Below, one piece after another: positions 7,679 to 15,458 of a DNA stretch of 25,809 bases; position 1 is the first letter of the stretch; every line of letters starts with the position of its first letter. The stretch covers positions 1 to 25,809 of IMG/VR virus record IMGVR_UViG_3300023173_001030; one strand, 5' to 3'. The DNA comes from a virus (Duplodnaviria > Caudoviricetes). The translations under genes and the position numbers were made by a program. The notes under the pieces are model-generated. The model saw only the letters and a list, made by a program, of their open reading frames with translations. It made no database searches and was not told the DNA's origin.

Positions 7679-7744
7679 GTTAGCCTCACATGTTGCTGTA
7701 ATATTATTTACAAAACTGTTACAAAGTTATACGCTAACATAGGT

Positions 7745-8290
7745 TTAAAAATTCAAGAATTTTTCTGTTAAATTTTCAGCCGCAGTTTGTATTGCTGTGT
7801 CCCATTGTCTGGGAGGCTGTGTATTCCACATTAAGTCGTGACTATAAGGACAGTTAGTCCAACTGCTACGTCCTTGTCGATGTAGTCCGACAACTTCGTC
7901 TTCTAACTGACCTGGACCCCATTGACTGTTACCGATTATAATACGCCAGTATTCAGGGAACTGTCCTAAGTTAAAAACATTAATAATTGCTTTGTCACGA
8001 GTAACACTTAATGTATCGTTTAGTTGTACTGTACTCGGAATTTTAAAATCATTTGTATGTAAAACATAAGCATGATTTACTTCTACTGGGCCGCCGTAAT
8101 AAAGAGGAACATTTTTATGTAAGCCCATTCCTTTACGCAAACGCTCACTAACTTGATTATCAAGTTGTCGATTAACAACCCAGCCGCTAGCGCCATTCAT
8201 TGAAAACTCGTTCATATAAATTACAGTTTTATTGAAACTGACGTCACGCAATGTTGGCATGCTAACTAAAAATCTGTCTGCTAATTCCAT
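7745..8290 (-). CDS. YqgE/AlgH (UPF0301) family protein
   Basis: FLVSMPTLRD..F.KTVIY, GWVVNR, LYYGGPV, G.SQWGPGQLEDE motifs. Confidence 0.85.
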   Translation of the reverse strand: MELADRFLVSMPTLRDVSFNKTVIYMNEFSMNGASGWVVNRQLDNQVSERLRKGMGLHKNVPLYYGGPVEVNHAYVLHTNDFKIPSTVQLNDTLSVTRDKAIINVFNLGQFPEYWRIIIGNSQWGPGQLEDEVVGLHRQGRSSWTNCPYSHDLMWNTQPPRQWDTAIQTAAENLTEKFLNF

Positions 8291-8451
8291 TACTTTGTTA
8301 ATTCACCTATTCGTTTATAACTATTTTGCAATTGCTCTTGAAGTTCTTGTACATTTTTTCTTAATGTTTCATTTTCGTGAGTTAATGCTAGTAGTTCACG
8401 ACGATATAATTCGTTGCCTGTTGGGTCTAATGTAAGTCCGCTGTTATCCAT
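8290..8451 (-). CDS. 53-aa coiled-coil protein (not in track)
   Basis: GGAGG SD; MDNSGLTLDPTGNELYRRELLALTHENETLRKNVQELQEQLQNSYKRIGELTK; TAATG coupling to the YqgE/AlgH gene. Confidence 0.7.
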   Translation of the reverse strand: MDNSGLTLDPTGNELYRRELLALTHENETLRKNVQELQEQLQNSYKRIGELTK

Positions 8452-8472
8452 AAACAAATACCTCCGTGTACA

Positions 8473-8501
8473 AGTGTATTTATCGTATTGTATTTTGTCA
8501 A
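8473..8501 (-). promoter_or_regulatory. Sigma70-type promoter overlapping a late-type (GA)TAAATA box
   Basis: TTGACA-N17-TACACT; the 13-mer ATAAATACACTTG also occurs upstream of csgF. Confidence 0.5.
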
Positions 8502-8502
8502 G

Positions 8503-8530
8503 AAAAAAGGTGTCCTAACGGGCACCTCTT
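8503..8530 (-). terminator. Rho-independent terminator
   Basis: GAGGTGCCC-GTTA-GGACACCTT followed by a T run, downstream of the DUF1127 pair. Confidence 0.65.
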
Positions 8531-8553
8531 TTAGTTTATTGTTATGTGGCAAA

Positions 8554-8745
8554 TTATTTTGCTTGTCTTAGTTTTGCAACTTGCATCATACAAGCCTTTG
8601 CTTCTTTATGTAAACCTTGACGAGCAAGCTCACCTGCTGCTCTAGCGTATCCTGCTACTTCGCAGAAATTCCAAAATCCTCTTCCGAAAGATTTCATACC
8701 ACTTAAAAAAGGATTTACTGTATAGTTCATTACTAGCGTTGTCAT
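8554..8745 (-). CDS. Small hypothetical protein coupled to the DUF1127 gene
   Basis: AGGAGG SD and TAATG overlap give a start at 8745; GYARAAGELARQG.HKEAK motif. Confidence 0.7.
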   Translation of the reverse strand: MTTLVMNYTVNPFLSGMKSFGRGFWNFCEVAGYARAAGELARQGLHKEAKACMMQVAKLRQAK

Positions 8746-8996
8746 TATACCCAACCTCCTAAGTTTTTATTTGTTTCTGCAAATCTTTTGTAATCTGCAT
8801 CTTCGTGAGCCACTGCCCAAATGTCTCCACGTGCTAAACCAATATCGTTTAGTTCACGGTCGCTTAACTTTGATAGTTCTTTGATAGTTGCATTTACTCG
8901 TTGTCTATGATCATAACTTCTTTTTAAGTCACGGAAGAAGTCTAATAGCGCATGAATATGTAGCGCATTTCCGGCTGCAAGAATTGCTTGTGTCAT
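8745..8996 (-). CDS. DUF1127 (YjiS-like) protein
   Basis: TIKELSKLSDRELNDIGLARGDI matches the DUF1127 core. Confidence 0.85.
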   Translation of the reverse strand: MTQAILAAGNALHIHALLDFFRDLKRSYDHRQRVNATIKELSKLSDRELNDIGLARGDIWAVAHEDADYKRFAETNKNLGGWV

Positions 8997-9112
8997 TTTT
9001 TTCTCTTTTCTATGTATATGTATATGTGTGATTCGAGCTAACTAATAGTTAGTTTTACTCCTTGTACATACATATTTAACATAGAAAACCTAGAAAATCA
9101 CTCAAGAATTTT

Positions 9113-9138
9113 GCATTCTCGATATGCGTTTAGTGCAT
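9113..9138. promoter_or_regulatory. Putative LysR-type regulator site upstream of DUF1127
   Basis: GCAT-N7-ATGC-N7-GCAT, containing the T-N11-A dyad ATGC-N7-GCAT. Confidence 0.45.
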
Positions 9139-9145
9139 AGCTAAA

Positions 9146-9937
9146 TTATTGATCGAATAATGTACGGATACTTTCAGGATCGTCTAGTGTGTATGGAGAT
9201 TTACTTTTTGTTTTCATACGTGCAATGCAGCGATACTCTGCACGTCTTGCTGTTGTATCATCTCTGCCAGGTATTTTTACTTTTGTTCCTGCAAACCCAA
9301 TGCGCATTTCAACATTAACACTACCTTCAAATGCAGGTACGCCTAAACCTAGCGGATCACTGCCTAATGCAAATAACCCTGCGCCGCCTACTTGAATATA
9401 GAAAACATTCTTTTTATTGTATAGTCCAACAATGTAACGTTGATCAAGTGTAACAATTTGATTAAGTGCTTTATGGTGTCCACTTGCTTTTAGTTCTTCA
9501 CGTGCATTTACTTCTGCTACAAACGGAATACCTTTGTTACGTGCATGAAATTCTTGTGGCTCTTTTGTATTAAGTTCTTGTAAGTATGCTGCTAGTGCAG
9601 GTTCAGCAGCTTCTGCAGCTTTTAGTATGAGAGCTAAATCATCTGGTTCCGTACCTGCTTGTAACTTTGCACTAGGACGCCAATTGTTGCCGTCGAACGC
9701 AACACTGCCGCCACCCATTTGATCATTGATGCTTGCTTTAACTTCAATGTTAAATTTATTACCATTGTAAGTTGCTTCGATATCGCCTTCGCCATGACTA
9801 CTATACCCTGCACTAGTGTCAGCTTGCCATTCAAGTCCAGGTACTTGTGCTGCACTCATTGCATTTAGTACGGCAGACTCATATTCGAGCCCGCCGTCAT
9901 TTCTACCTTCGATTGTAAATAATTCTTTTGCTCTCAT
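9146..9937 (-). CDS. PD-(D/E)XK nuclease-fold protein
   Basis: N-terminal G..YE helix; GDIEATYNGNKFNIEVKAS has the D...E-x-K motif. Confidence 0.6.
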   Translation of the reverse strand: MRAKELFTIEGRNDGGLEYESAVLNAMSAAQVPGLEWQADTSAGYSSHGEGDIEATYNGNKFNIEVKASINDQMGGGSVAFDGNNWRPSAKLQAGTEPDDLALILKAAEAAEPALAAYLQELNTKEPQEFHARNKGIPFVAEVNAREELKASGHHKALNQIVTLDQRYIVGLYNKKNVFYIQVGGAGLFALGSDPLGLGVPAFEGSVNVEMRIGFAGTKVKIPGRDDTTARRAEYRCIARMKTKSKSPYTLDDPESIRTLFDQ

Positions 9938-9948
9938 ACAACTATTTA

Positions 9949-11145
9949 TTACATCTTAGTTGTTGTACTCTCGTATGTACGGTTATACTGATTATTAACA
10001 CGAACAAATGTTGTACACTTACTAAGTTGTTTTAGTGTAGGTGCACCAACGTATGTACATGTACTACGAACGCCGCCTAAGATGTTTTGTACTGTGGCGG
10101 CAACTTCGCCACGATAAGGAACAAGTACTTCACGACCTTCACTACTACGATAATCTTTTAATCCGCCAAAGTGTTTTTGATTTGCAGCATCTGAACTCAT
10201 ACCGTAAAATTGCACAAACTTTTTCTTTACAAAAACAGGTTTCATAGGAGCTTCCATTTCTCCAGATGCAATTTCTTCTGTTATTTTTATTTTGTCTTCT
10301 TCTGGCATTCCTGGCGGAAATGGCTGTTGTTCTGCTTCGCCATTTTCAAATGTTTTTTCAATTACTTCACCGCCGCCTTCATCGTGTCCAGCAAGCATTC
10401 CACCCAGCATTACAAAGTCAGCACCGGCAGCAAAAGCCTTGGCCACGTCTCCAGGACAAGTGCAACCACCATCAGCAATGATGTGACCGCCAAGGCCATG
10501 AGCGGCATCTGCACATTCAATGACAGCCGAGAGTTGAGGATAGCCAACGCCAGTTTGTATACGAGTAGTGCATACACTCCCAGGGCCAATGCCCACTTTA
10601 ATAATATCTGCTCCATTTAAGATTAACTCCTGTGTTTGATCTGCGGTAACAACATTACCTGCAATGATTACAACATGTGGATAATCTGAACGGAATTGTT
10701 TTACGTAATTTACAAAACGTTCACTGTATCCATTTGCTACATCAATACAAACGTATTTTAAACGTTCGCCTACTTCTTTATAAACTATATCAAATTTATT
10801 TCTGTCAGAATCTTTAATACCAATACTCATTGCAACATTAGAAGTACGATCAGAAATACCTTCTCCAAAATATGCAATTAATTCATCAGATGTATATGTT
10901 TTTACAAGGCAAGTGAACAATCCGCCTGTTGCCATTATATCTGCTTGTCTGAATGTACCAACACCATCCATGTTGCTACCCATAATAGGAATACCGTAGT
11001 AATGAATATTTTCTGATTCGTTACTGTAGTTTACAAAATTAAACTCTCTGTTTAAGTCTACTTCTTTACGTGAGCCAAGTGTGCTACGTTTTGGACGAAT
11101 CAAGACATCGCTATAGTCCAAAAGGATTTCGTTTTCAATTCTCAT
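9949..11145 (-). CDS. guaC: GMP reductase (with internal insertion)
   Basis: LDYSDVLIRPKRSTLGSR, NMDGVG, CIDVANGYSE, KVGIGPGSVCTTR, IIADGG, FYGMSS, YRSSEG, GGVRSTCTYVGA. Confidence 0.95.
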   Translation of the reverse strand: MRIENEILLDYSDVLIRPKRSTLGSRKEVDLNREFNFVNYSNESENIHYYGIPIMGSNMDGVGTFRQADIMATGGLFTCLVKTYTSDELIAYFGEGISDRTSNVAMSIGIKDSDRNKFDIVYKEVGERLKYVCIDVANGYSERFVNYVKQFRSDYPHVVIIAGNVVTADQTQELILNGADIIKVGIGPGSVCTTRIQTGVGYPQLSAVIECADAAHGLGGHIIADGGCTCPGDVAKAFAAGADFVMLGGMLAGHDEGGGEVIEKTFENGEAEQQPFPPGMPEEDKIKITEEIASGEMEAPMKPVFVKKKFVQFYGMSSDAANQKHFGGLKDYRSSEGREVLVPYRGEVAATVQNILGGVRSTCTYVGAPTLKQLSKCTTFVRVNNQYNRTYESTTTKM

Positions 11146-11148
11146 TGT

Positions 11149-11448
11149 TTACTCTTCTTCTATTTTAAATGATAGTGGAAAGCCGTTTGTACGACTTACT
11201 AGTGTTGCTTCATGAACTTTTTGTTCTGCTATTTCGTAAAAATAAATTCCAGCAATACCTCGTCCGGTATTATGTACTTCTATAGTAACTTGTTCTGCAT
11301 CTGCTGCAGATTTATTAAAAATTGCTATTAATAATTCAATGACAAACCGCATTGGTGTTTGATCATCGTTTAGCAAAATAACTTTATATTTGCTAGGCGT
11401 AGTGAAATTAATAGTAGTATCTTCAGTTACTGATAGTTGTGTGCTCAT
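11149..11448 (-). CDS. clpS: ATP-dependent Clp protease adaptor ClpS
   Basis: YKVILLNDDQTPMRFVIELL..IF, EVHNTGRGIAG.Y.YEIAEQK, GFPL. ATG 11448 is preferred over the TTG at 11460. Confidence 0.92.
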   Translation of the reverse strand: MSTQLSVTEDTTINFTTPSKYKVILLNDDQTPMRFVIELLIAIFNKSAADAEQVTIEVHNTGRGIAGIYFYEIAEQKVHEATLVSRTNGFPLSFKIEEE

Positions 11449-11458
11449 ATTGTTTTCC

Positions 11459-11491
11459 AAAAATCAAAGGGGCAAGTTACCCTGCCCCTCC
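11459..11491 (-). terminator. Terminator-like hairpin after hsp20
   Basis: GAGGGGCAGG-GTAA-CTTGCCCCTT-TGATTTTT. Confidence 0.6.
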
Positions 11492-11498
11492 AGTGCTG

Positions 11499-11933
11499 TT
11501 ACTTTACGTAATCAATTTCAATTTTACGTGGCTTTTTCTCATCTGGTACAATACGCTCTAGTTCGATATAAAGCATACCGTTTTCCATACGAGCACCATG
11601 TACAACTACGTCTTCTGCAAGTGTAAACTTACGTTCAAATCTACGTTGTGCAACACCTTTGTGGATGTATGTCCAATCATCTGATTCTACTTCTTGCGGA
11701 TTGTAACTAATTGTTAGTGCACCGTCTGCGACTTCAATATCTAAATCTTCCATACGTACTCCGGCAACTGCCATTTCAATTTGGAAGTTCTCTTCCTGTT
11801 GGATAATATTGTAAGGGGGGTATCCTGTGTTATTTGAGTGTTCTACATATCTGAACATATCATCAAATAGTCTGTCAAATCCAACACTGTGTGGTGTGAG
11901 TTTATTCAAGTCGAATGTTGTTAGTCTTGTCAT
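11499..11933 (-). CDS. ibpA: Small heat-shock protein, Hsp20/IbpA family
   Basis: VGFDRLFD, YPPYNI, IEMAVAG, HKGVAQRRFERKFTLAE, NGMLYIELERIVPDEKKPRKIEI. Confidence 0.93.
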   Translation of the reverse strand: MTRLTTFDLNKLTPHSVGFDRLFDDMFRYVEHSNNTGYPPYNIIQQEENFQIEMAVAGVRMEDLDIEVADGALTISYNPQEVESDDWTYIHKGVAQRRFERKFTLAEDVVVHGARMENGMLYIELERIVPDEKKPRKIEIDYVK

Positions 11934-11990
11934 TTTGTTTCTCCTTATAAAAGCAAGATTAATGTTATGGACCCTTCATAGGCATCCAAT
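11934..11990 (-). promoter_or_regulatory. ROSE-like RNA thermometer in the hsp20 5' UTR
   Basis: UCUU(G)CUU-UUAU-AAGGAGA hairpin pairs UUGCU with the SD, with a bulged G. Upstream hairpin UGGAUGCCU-AUGA-AGGGUCCA. CATAAATA box at 11994-12001. Confidence 0.7.
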
Positions 11991-12002
11991 GTTTATTTAT
12001 GT

Positions 12003-12134
12003 CGGAGGGCTAACCGTGGCCCTCCACGTGCTTATTAGGTAGCAACCCCAGTATTATTTGGTTTTAAATTTAATTTGTTTAAGTTTTTCTTTTCGTGTTA
12101 ACATTGACCGGCTGTGGGCAATGTTGTTTCTTGT
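12003..12134 (-). ncRNA. Candidate structured small RNA or long leader
   Basis: Own sigma70 promoter; 5' hairpin (12100-12125); A-rich tract; possible H-type pseudoknot (12029-12049); GC-rich 3' hairpin (12004-12025). Confidence 0.35.
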
Positions 12135-12140
12135 ATAATT

Positions 12141-12169
12141 AATATAGTACTGACAACTGTAATTGTCAA
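12141..12169 (-). promoter_or_regulatory. Sigma70-type promoter
   Basis: TTGACA-N17-TATATT. Confidence 0.7.
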
Positions 12170-12171
12170 GA

Positions 12172-12414
12172 CTAGTAGCCAAATTTTTCTTTATTTTTTT
12201 CTACTTGTTTTAACCAACGCTTACGAGCCGCTGCTTTTTCTTTTTTCTTTTTTAGACTTGGCTTTTCATAAAATTCTTTTTCACGCATGTCTTTAAAAAG
12301 ACCTTCGTTATTACACATCTTTTTTAGTTTACGCATAGCTCTTGCAATATCATTATTGCGAACTTCTACATATAATCCACGATTGGATTGATCTTTATCA
12401 TTTCTTCTAGGCAT
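12172..12414 (-). CDS. rpsU: Ribosomal protein bS21 (phage-encoded)
   Basis: VEVRNNDIARAMRKLKK...EGLFKDMREKEFYEKPS.KKKKEKAAARKR. Confidence 0.9.
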   Translation of the reverse strand: MPRRNDKDQSNRGLYVEVRNNDIARAMRKLKKMCNNEGLFKDMREKEFYEKPSLKKKKEKAAARKRWLKQVEKNKEKFGY

Positions 12415-12940
12415 TCTTTCCTCTTTTAATTATTCCAATTAATCTATTTCCGTTTAAGTTTGGTTTACTATCCCATTCAATTTCATTAAATGAATCAAAC
12501 ACTTTATTAAGTATATCAAACCCTAACTGCTTGTTAGCATTTTCTCTACCACGAAAACGTACCATAAGTTTAACTTTGTTTCCTTTAGCAAGAAACTTGT
12601 CAATATTTTTTAGTTTAGTTTCGAAATCGTGATCACCAATTCCTGGGCGAAACTGTATTTCTTTTACTTCAATACGACTTTCACGCTGTCGTTTGGCAGC
12701 ATCTTTCTCTCGACGCTTTTGTTCGTAGAAGTATTTATTCGCATCTAAAATCTTTGCAACAGGAGGATCAGCTGATTCTGTAATTACTACTAAATCTAAT
12801 CCTTTACTTTCTGCAATACGCAGTGCTTCTGTTTTACTTAATACACCTAATTGATCAGACTCTTCGATTACTCGCAGTGTATTAAATTTAATTTCACCAT
12901 TTATTAACGGCTTTGGTTCTGGTTTGTTAAACTTGCGCAT
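12407..12940 (-). CDS. infC: Translation initiation factor IF-3 (phage-encoded)
   Basis: INGEI, GLDLVVI..SADPPVAKILD..KYFYE, VKEIQFRPGIG.HD, FL.KGNKVK..VRFRGRE. ATG 12940 has AGGT upstream; GTG 12952 is an alternative start. Confidence 0.92.
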   Translation of the reverse strand: MRKFNKPEPKPLINGEIKFNTLRVIEESDQLGVLSKTEALRIAESKGLDLVVITESADPPVAKILDANKYFYEQKRREKDAAKRQRESRIEVKEIQFRPGIGDHDFETKLKNIDKFLAKGNKVKLMVRFRGRENANKQLGFDILNKVFDSFNEIEWDSKPNLNGNRLIGIIKRGKNA

Positions 12941-12980
12941 TTTTACCTGCACTTGGTATGTTCGATATCATTTATTCTCC

Positions 12981-13397
12981 TTATATATACTGAGCAACTA
13001 CCATATCCATATAGTCCTCAGGTGACTTATAAATTGTAAACTCTTTAATTGAATTTAATAATTTTGTAATTAAAGGTCGTTTATTATCTCTATTAATTAA
13101 AACTAAACTTGCATCACTCATTAGTGCTGTAAGTAATCCGATTTCGTTTACTGTATCTAAATCAACAAATACATTATCACTTAACTTGCATACACTCAGT
13201 GTCCATGCAAGATTATGCTCTACAACTTCACCATCTGGATGATATAAGTTAATAGGAACTGTTTTAAATAAATTTTCATGTACTGACTCTACCGATTGTA
13301 TAAACAACGGATCTGTACTTAGTGCTGTAACGCTCGGTCCTGACCCTAATAGTTGCATGTCAGGCGGTGTAATAATGTATACACTATTTTCGCTCAT
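12981..13397 (-). CDS. Hypothetical phage protein
   Basis: 138-aa ORF co-oriented with neighbours; VYIITPPD motif. Confidence 0.7.
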   Translation of the reverse strand: MSENSVYIITPPDMQLLGSGPSVTALSTDPLFIQSVESVHENLFKTVPINLYHPDGEVVEHNLAWTLSVCKLSDNVFVDLDTVNEIGLLTALMSDASLVLINRDNKRPLITKLLNSIKEFTIYKSPEDYMDMVVAQYI

Positions 13398-13407
13398 ATA
13401 ATTATTT

Positions 13408-15456
13408 TTATTCCTCTTTGAAAGGTTTTGTTGGGGCTAGTTTACCTGTATATCCTTCAGGCCAAATTTCACGACGAAGTTTAAGTTCTTCTTCGTTTAA
13501 TTCTTTGCTTGGTCTCTTATCAGTATAAGGGTTATAATTGTCTTTGTCAACTTCTTTTGGCTGTAGTATTTCTTTACTACTTTCTTCTTTCATATCACTA
13601 TAACTTTGTGTTGGTTCGGTTACTGACATCTCAGGAGTTAAAACAAGAGGATCACCTGTAGTTTCTTCTATCTCTGCTTCTTCCCATTTGCTTTTTACTG
13701 GTTCGGGCTTTGGTTCAGGTGCTGGCGTTGGTTTCTTTTTTTTAGGAGTTGGTGTAGGACGTGGATTGTCTTCACGTCTCCATTCAAAGATATACTGTGC
13801 AGCAATTAGTAGTGCAACTGCTAATGGATCAAACACAAATATAATAATAAGTATTACCCAACGTACTGCATCTTCTAACACGGCTCTGTCTGCGTCACCG
13901 TATACAAACTCTGCTAGATACTTAACAGGACCTACTTCAGCTTCTAATTTACGTGCTTCTGCTTGTAGTGCAAACTTGCGAGTTGTAATAGCATCTATTT
14001 CGTCATTTGCTGCTTTAATACGAATGTTTTGTTCGTCAATAACTGCATCTAAATCTGCATCTTCTCCGATTTGAATTTCTGCTCTTAAACGCTCGATGAC
14101 ATTCTGTGCTTGTGCAATTTCATCTTCTGCAAGTTGGCGCAGTCTGGCAATTTCTTCACGTGCTGCAGTAACGATTGCATTGTCTGCATTACGTAGTTCA
14201 GTAATAGTATCCTGTGCTACACTACGAGCTTCTCTATTAGCAGGAATATCTCTATCTAGTACTGCATCAATTTTTGCTTGTATATTGTCACGTTGTGTTT
14301 GTAAACTACTTGCTGCATCAGCACGTATACGATCAATAGTATCTAGTAGTCCTTGCTTACGATCCTGTACCGCTTGAGTTTGATCACCACGTAAACTTGT
14401 TATAAGTCCTGTAAGTCTGTCACGTTCTTGTGCAATAACCGACTGTGCTTGCGCACGTAGTTCAGTTTCTTGTGCTTGTAGACTTGCAATACGATCTTGT
14501 TGTGCTGTTACCCACGCTTCTAATGCTCTGCGTGTGTTGCCGCCAAATAGTCCGTCACTAGTAACACCAATTACTGCCTGTCCTTCACGTATCTTATCAC
14601 GCTCACGGCTTTGTAGTTTGTTTGTTGTTACAACAATTGATTCTTCGATTGCAGCAATTTGTGCTTTAAGTGTATCAACTGCACTGTAGTCTGGTTGTAG
14701 TTCTGCAATACGTGCTTCGTATGCAGCGGCTTGTTCATCTAATCTGGCAATGTCTGCATCTAACTGTGCGATTTGATCTATATAAGGCTGTACTTGTTCT
14801 TCGACACTTGCTACATTTGTATTAGCGAGCTCTGTTCTATACTGTTCTGCTAGTCCATTTAAACGATTTAGTTCGGTATCCAAACTACGAATTTCATCTT
14901 CGTAAACTGCAATACGTCCTAGTAGTGCTGTTTCCTGTGCACTAATAATACCTTGCTGTTCTTCGATACTAGGCTGACGTCTTGTATATGCACTATCGAT
15001 ACGTTCTTGTTCACGATCAATTTTTTCTTGAATACCAACATCTTCTTTATCAGCATCTTGTTCTGCTTTTACGATACGTTCTTCAGCTCTGGCAATAATT
15101 TCACGCTGACGGACAACTTCTTCATCCATACGTGCTATTTGTGCTACTTGCTCTTGTGCTGCCGCAGTTTGTTCAATGTGTGCTTTTGATAGGAAACCAA
15201 AAATACCCATACTTGTAATAAACATAAGAACTAGTACGGCTGTGCCTAAGTACAGTCGCATCCACCAACGTGCTCTACTCCAATAACGGTGTAACCAAAC
15301 TGCTGTTACAAGTTTGCCAATTTCTAGTGCACCGCCCATAATAATAATTGGAATAGCTGCAGCCGCAAAGATGGCAACTAGTCCAGCAACACTATAATAT
15401 ATTGCAACTGCACTAATTGTAAGGGCTATTAAAAGTGTAAGTAAACCAAAAAACAT
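13408..15456 (-). CDS. Membrane-anchored long coiled-coil protein with central peptidoglycan-binding-like motif
   Basis: Three N-terminal TM segments; about 440 aa of heptad-rich helix; EVGPVKYLAEFVYG; C-terminal TM IFVFDPLAVALLIAA; internal DGLFGGNTRRALEAW. Confidence 0.8.
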   Translation of the reverse strand: MFFGLLTLLIALTISAVAIYYSVAGLVAIFAAAAIPIIIMGGALEIGKLVTAVWLHRYWSRARWWMRLYLGTAVLVLMFITSMGIFGFLSKAHIEQTAAAQEQVAQIARMDEEVVRQREIIARAEERIVKAEQDADKEDVGIQEKIDREQERIDSAYTRRQPSIEEQQGIISAQETALLGRIAVYEDEIRSLDTELNRLNGLAEQYRTELANTNVASVEEQVQPYIDQIAQLDADIARLDEQAAAYEARIAELQPDYSAVDTLKAQIAAIEESIVVTTNKLQSRERDKIREGQAVIGVTSDGLFGGNTRRALEAWVTAQQDRIASLQAQETELRAQAQSVIAQERDRLTGLITSLRGDQTQAVQDRKQGLLDTIDRIRADAASSLQTQRDNIQAKIDAVLDRDIPANREARSVAQDTITELRNADNAIVTAAREEIARLRQLAEDEIAQAQNVIERLRAEIQIGEDADLDAVIDEQNIRIKAANDEIDAITTRKFALQAEARKLEAEVGPVKYLAEFVYGDADRAVLEDAVRWVILIIIFVFDPLAVALLIAAQYIFEWRREDNPRPTPTPKKKKPTPAPEPKPEPVKSKWEEAEIEETTGDPLVLTPEMSVTEPTQSYSDMKEESSKEILQPKEVDKDNYNPYTDKRPSKELNEEELKLRREIWPEGYTGKLAPTKPFKEE

Positions 15457-15458
15457 AA

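Noticed and set aside
10222-10356. Mini-intein in guaC
   Set aside because: Too short, and lacks an N-terminal C/S and the C-terminal HN-C/S/T.
10380-10600. Locally higher GC in guaC as a recombined patch
   Set aside because: Largely explained by Gly/Ala-rich catalytic motifs; it cannot be supported without a codon-usage analysis.
13690-13770. PTPTP/PEPKPEP low-complexity repeat
   Set aside because: An ordinary Pro-rich linker, not a DNA-level repeat element.
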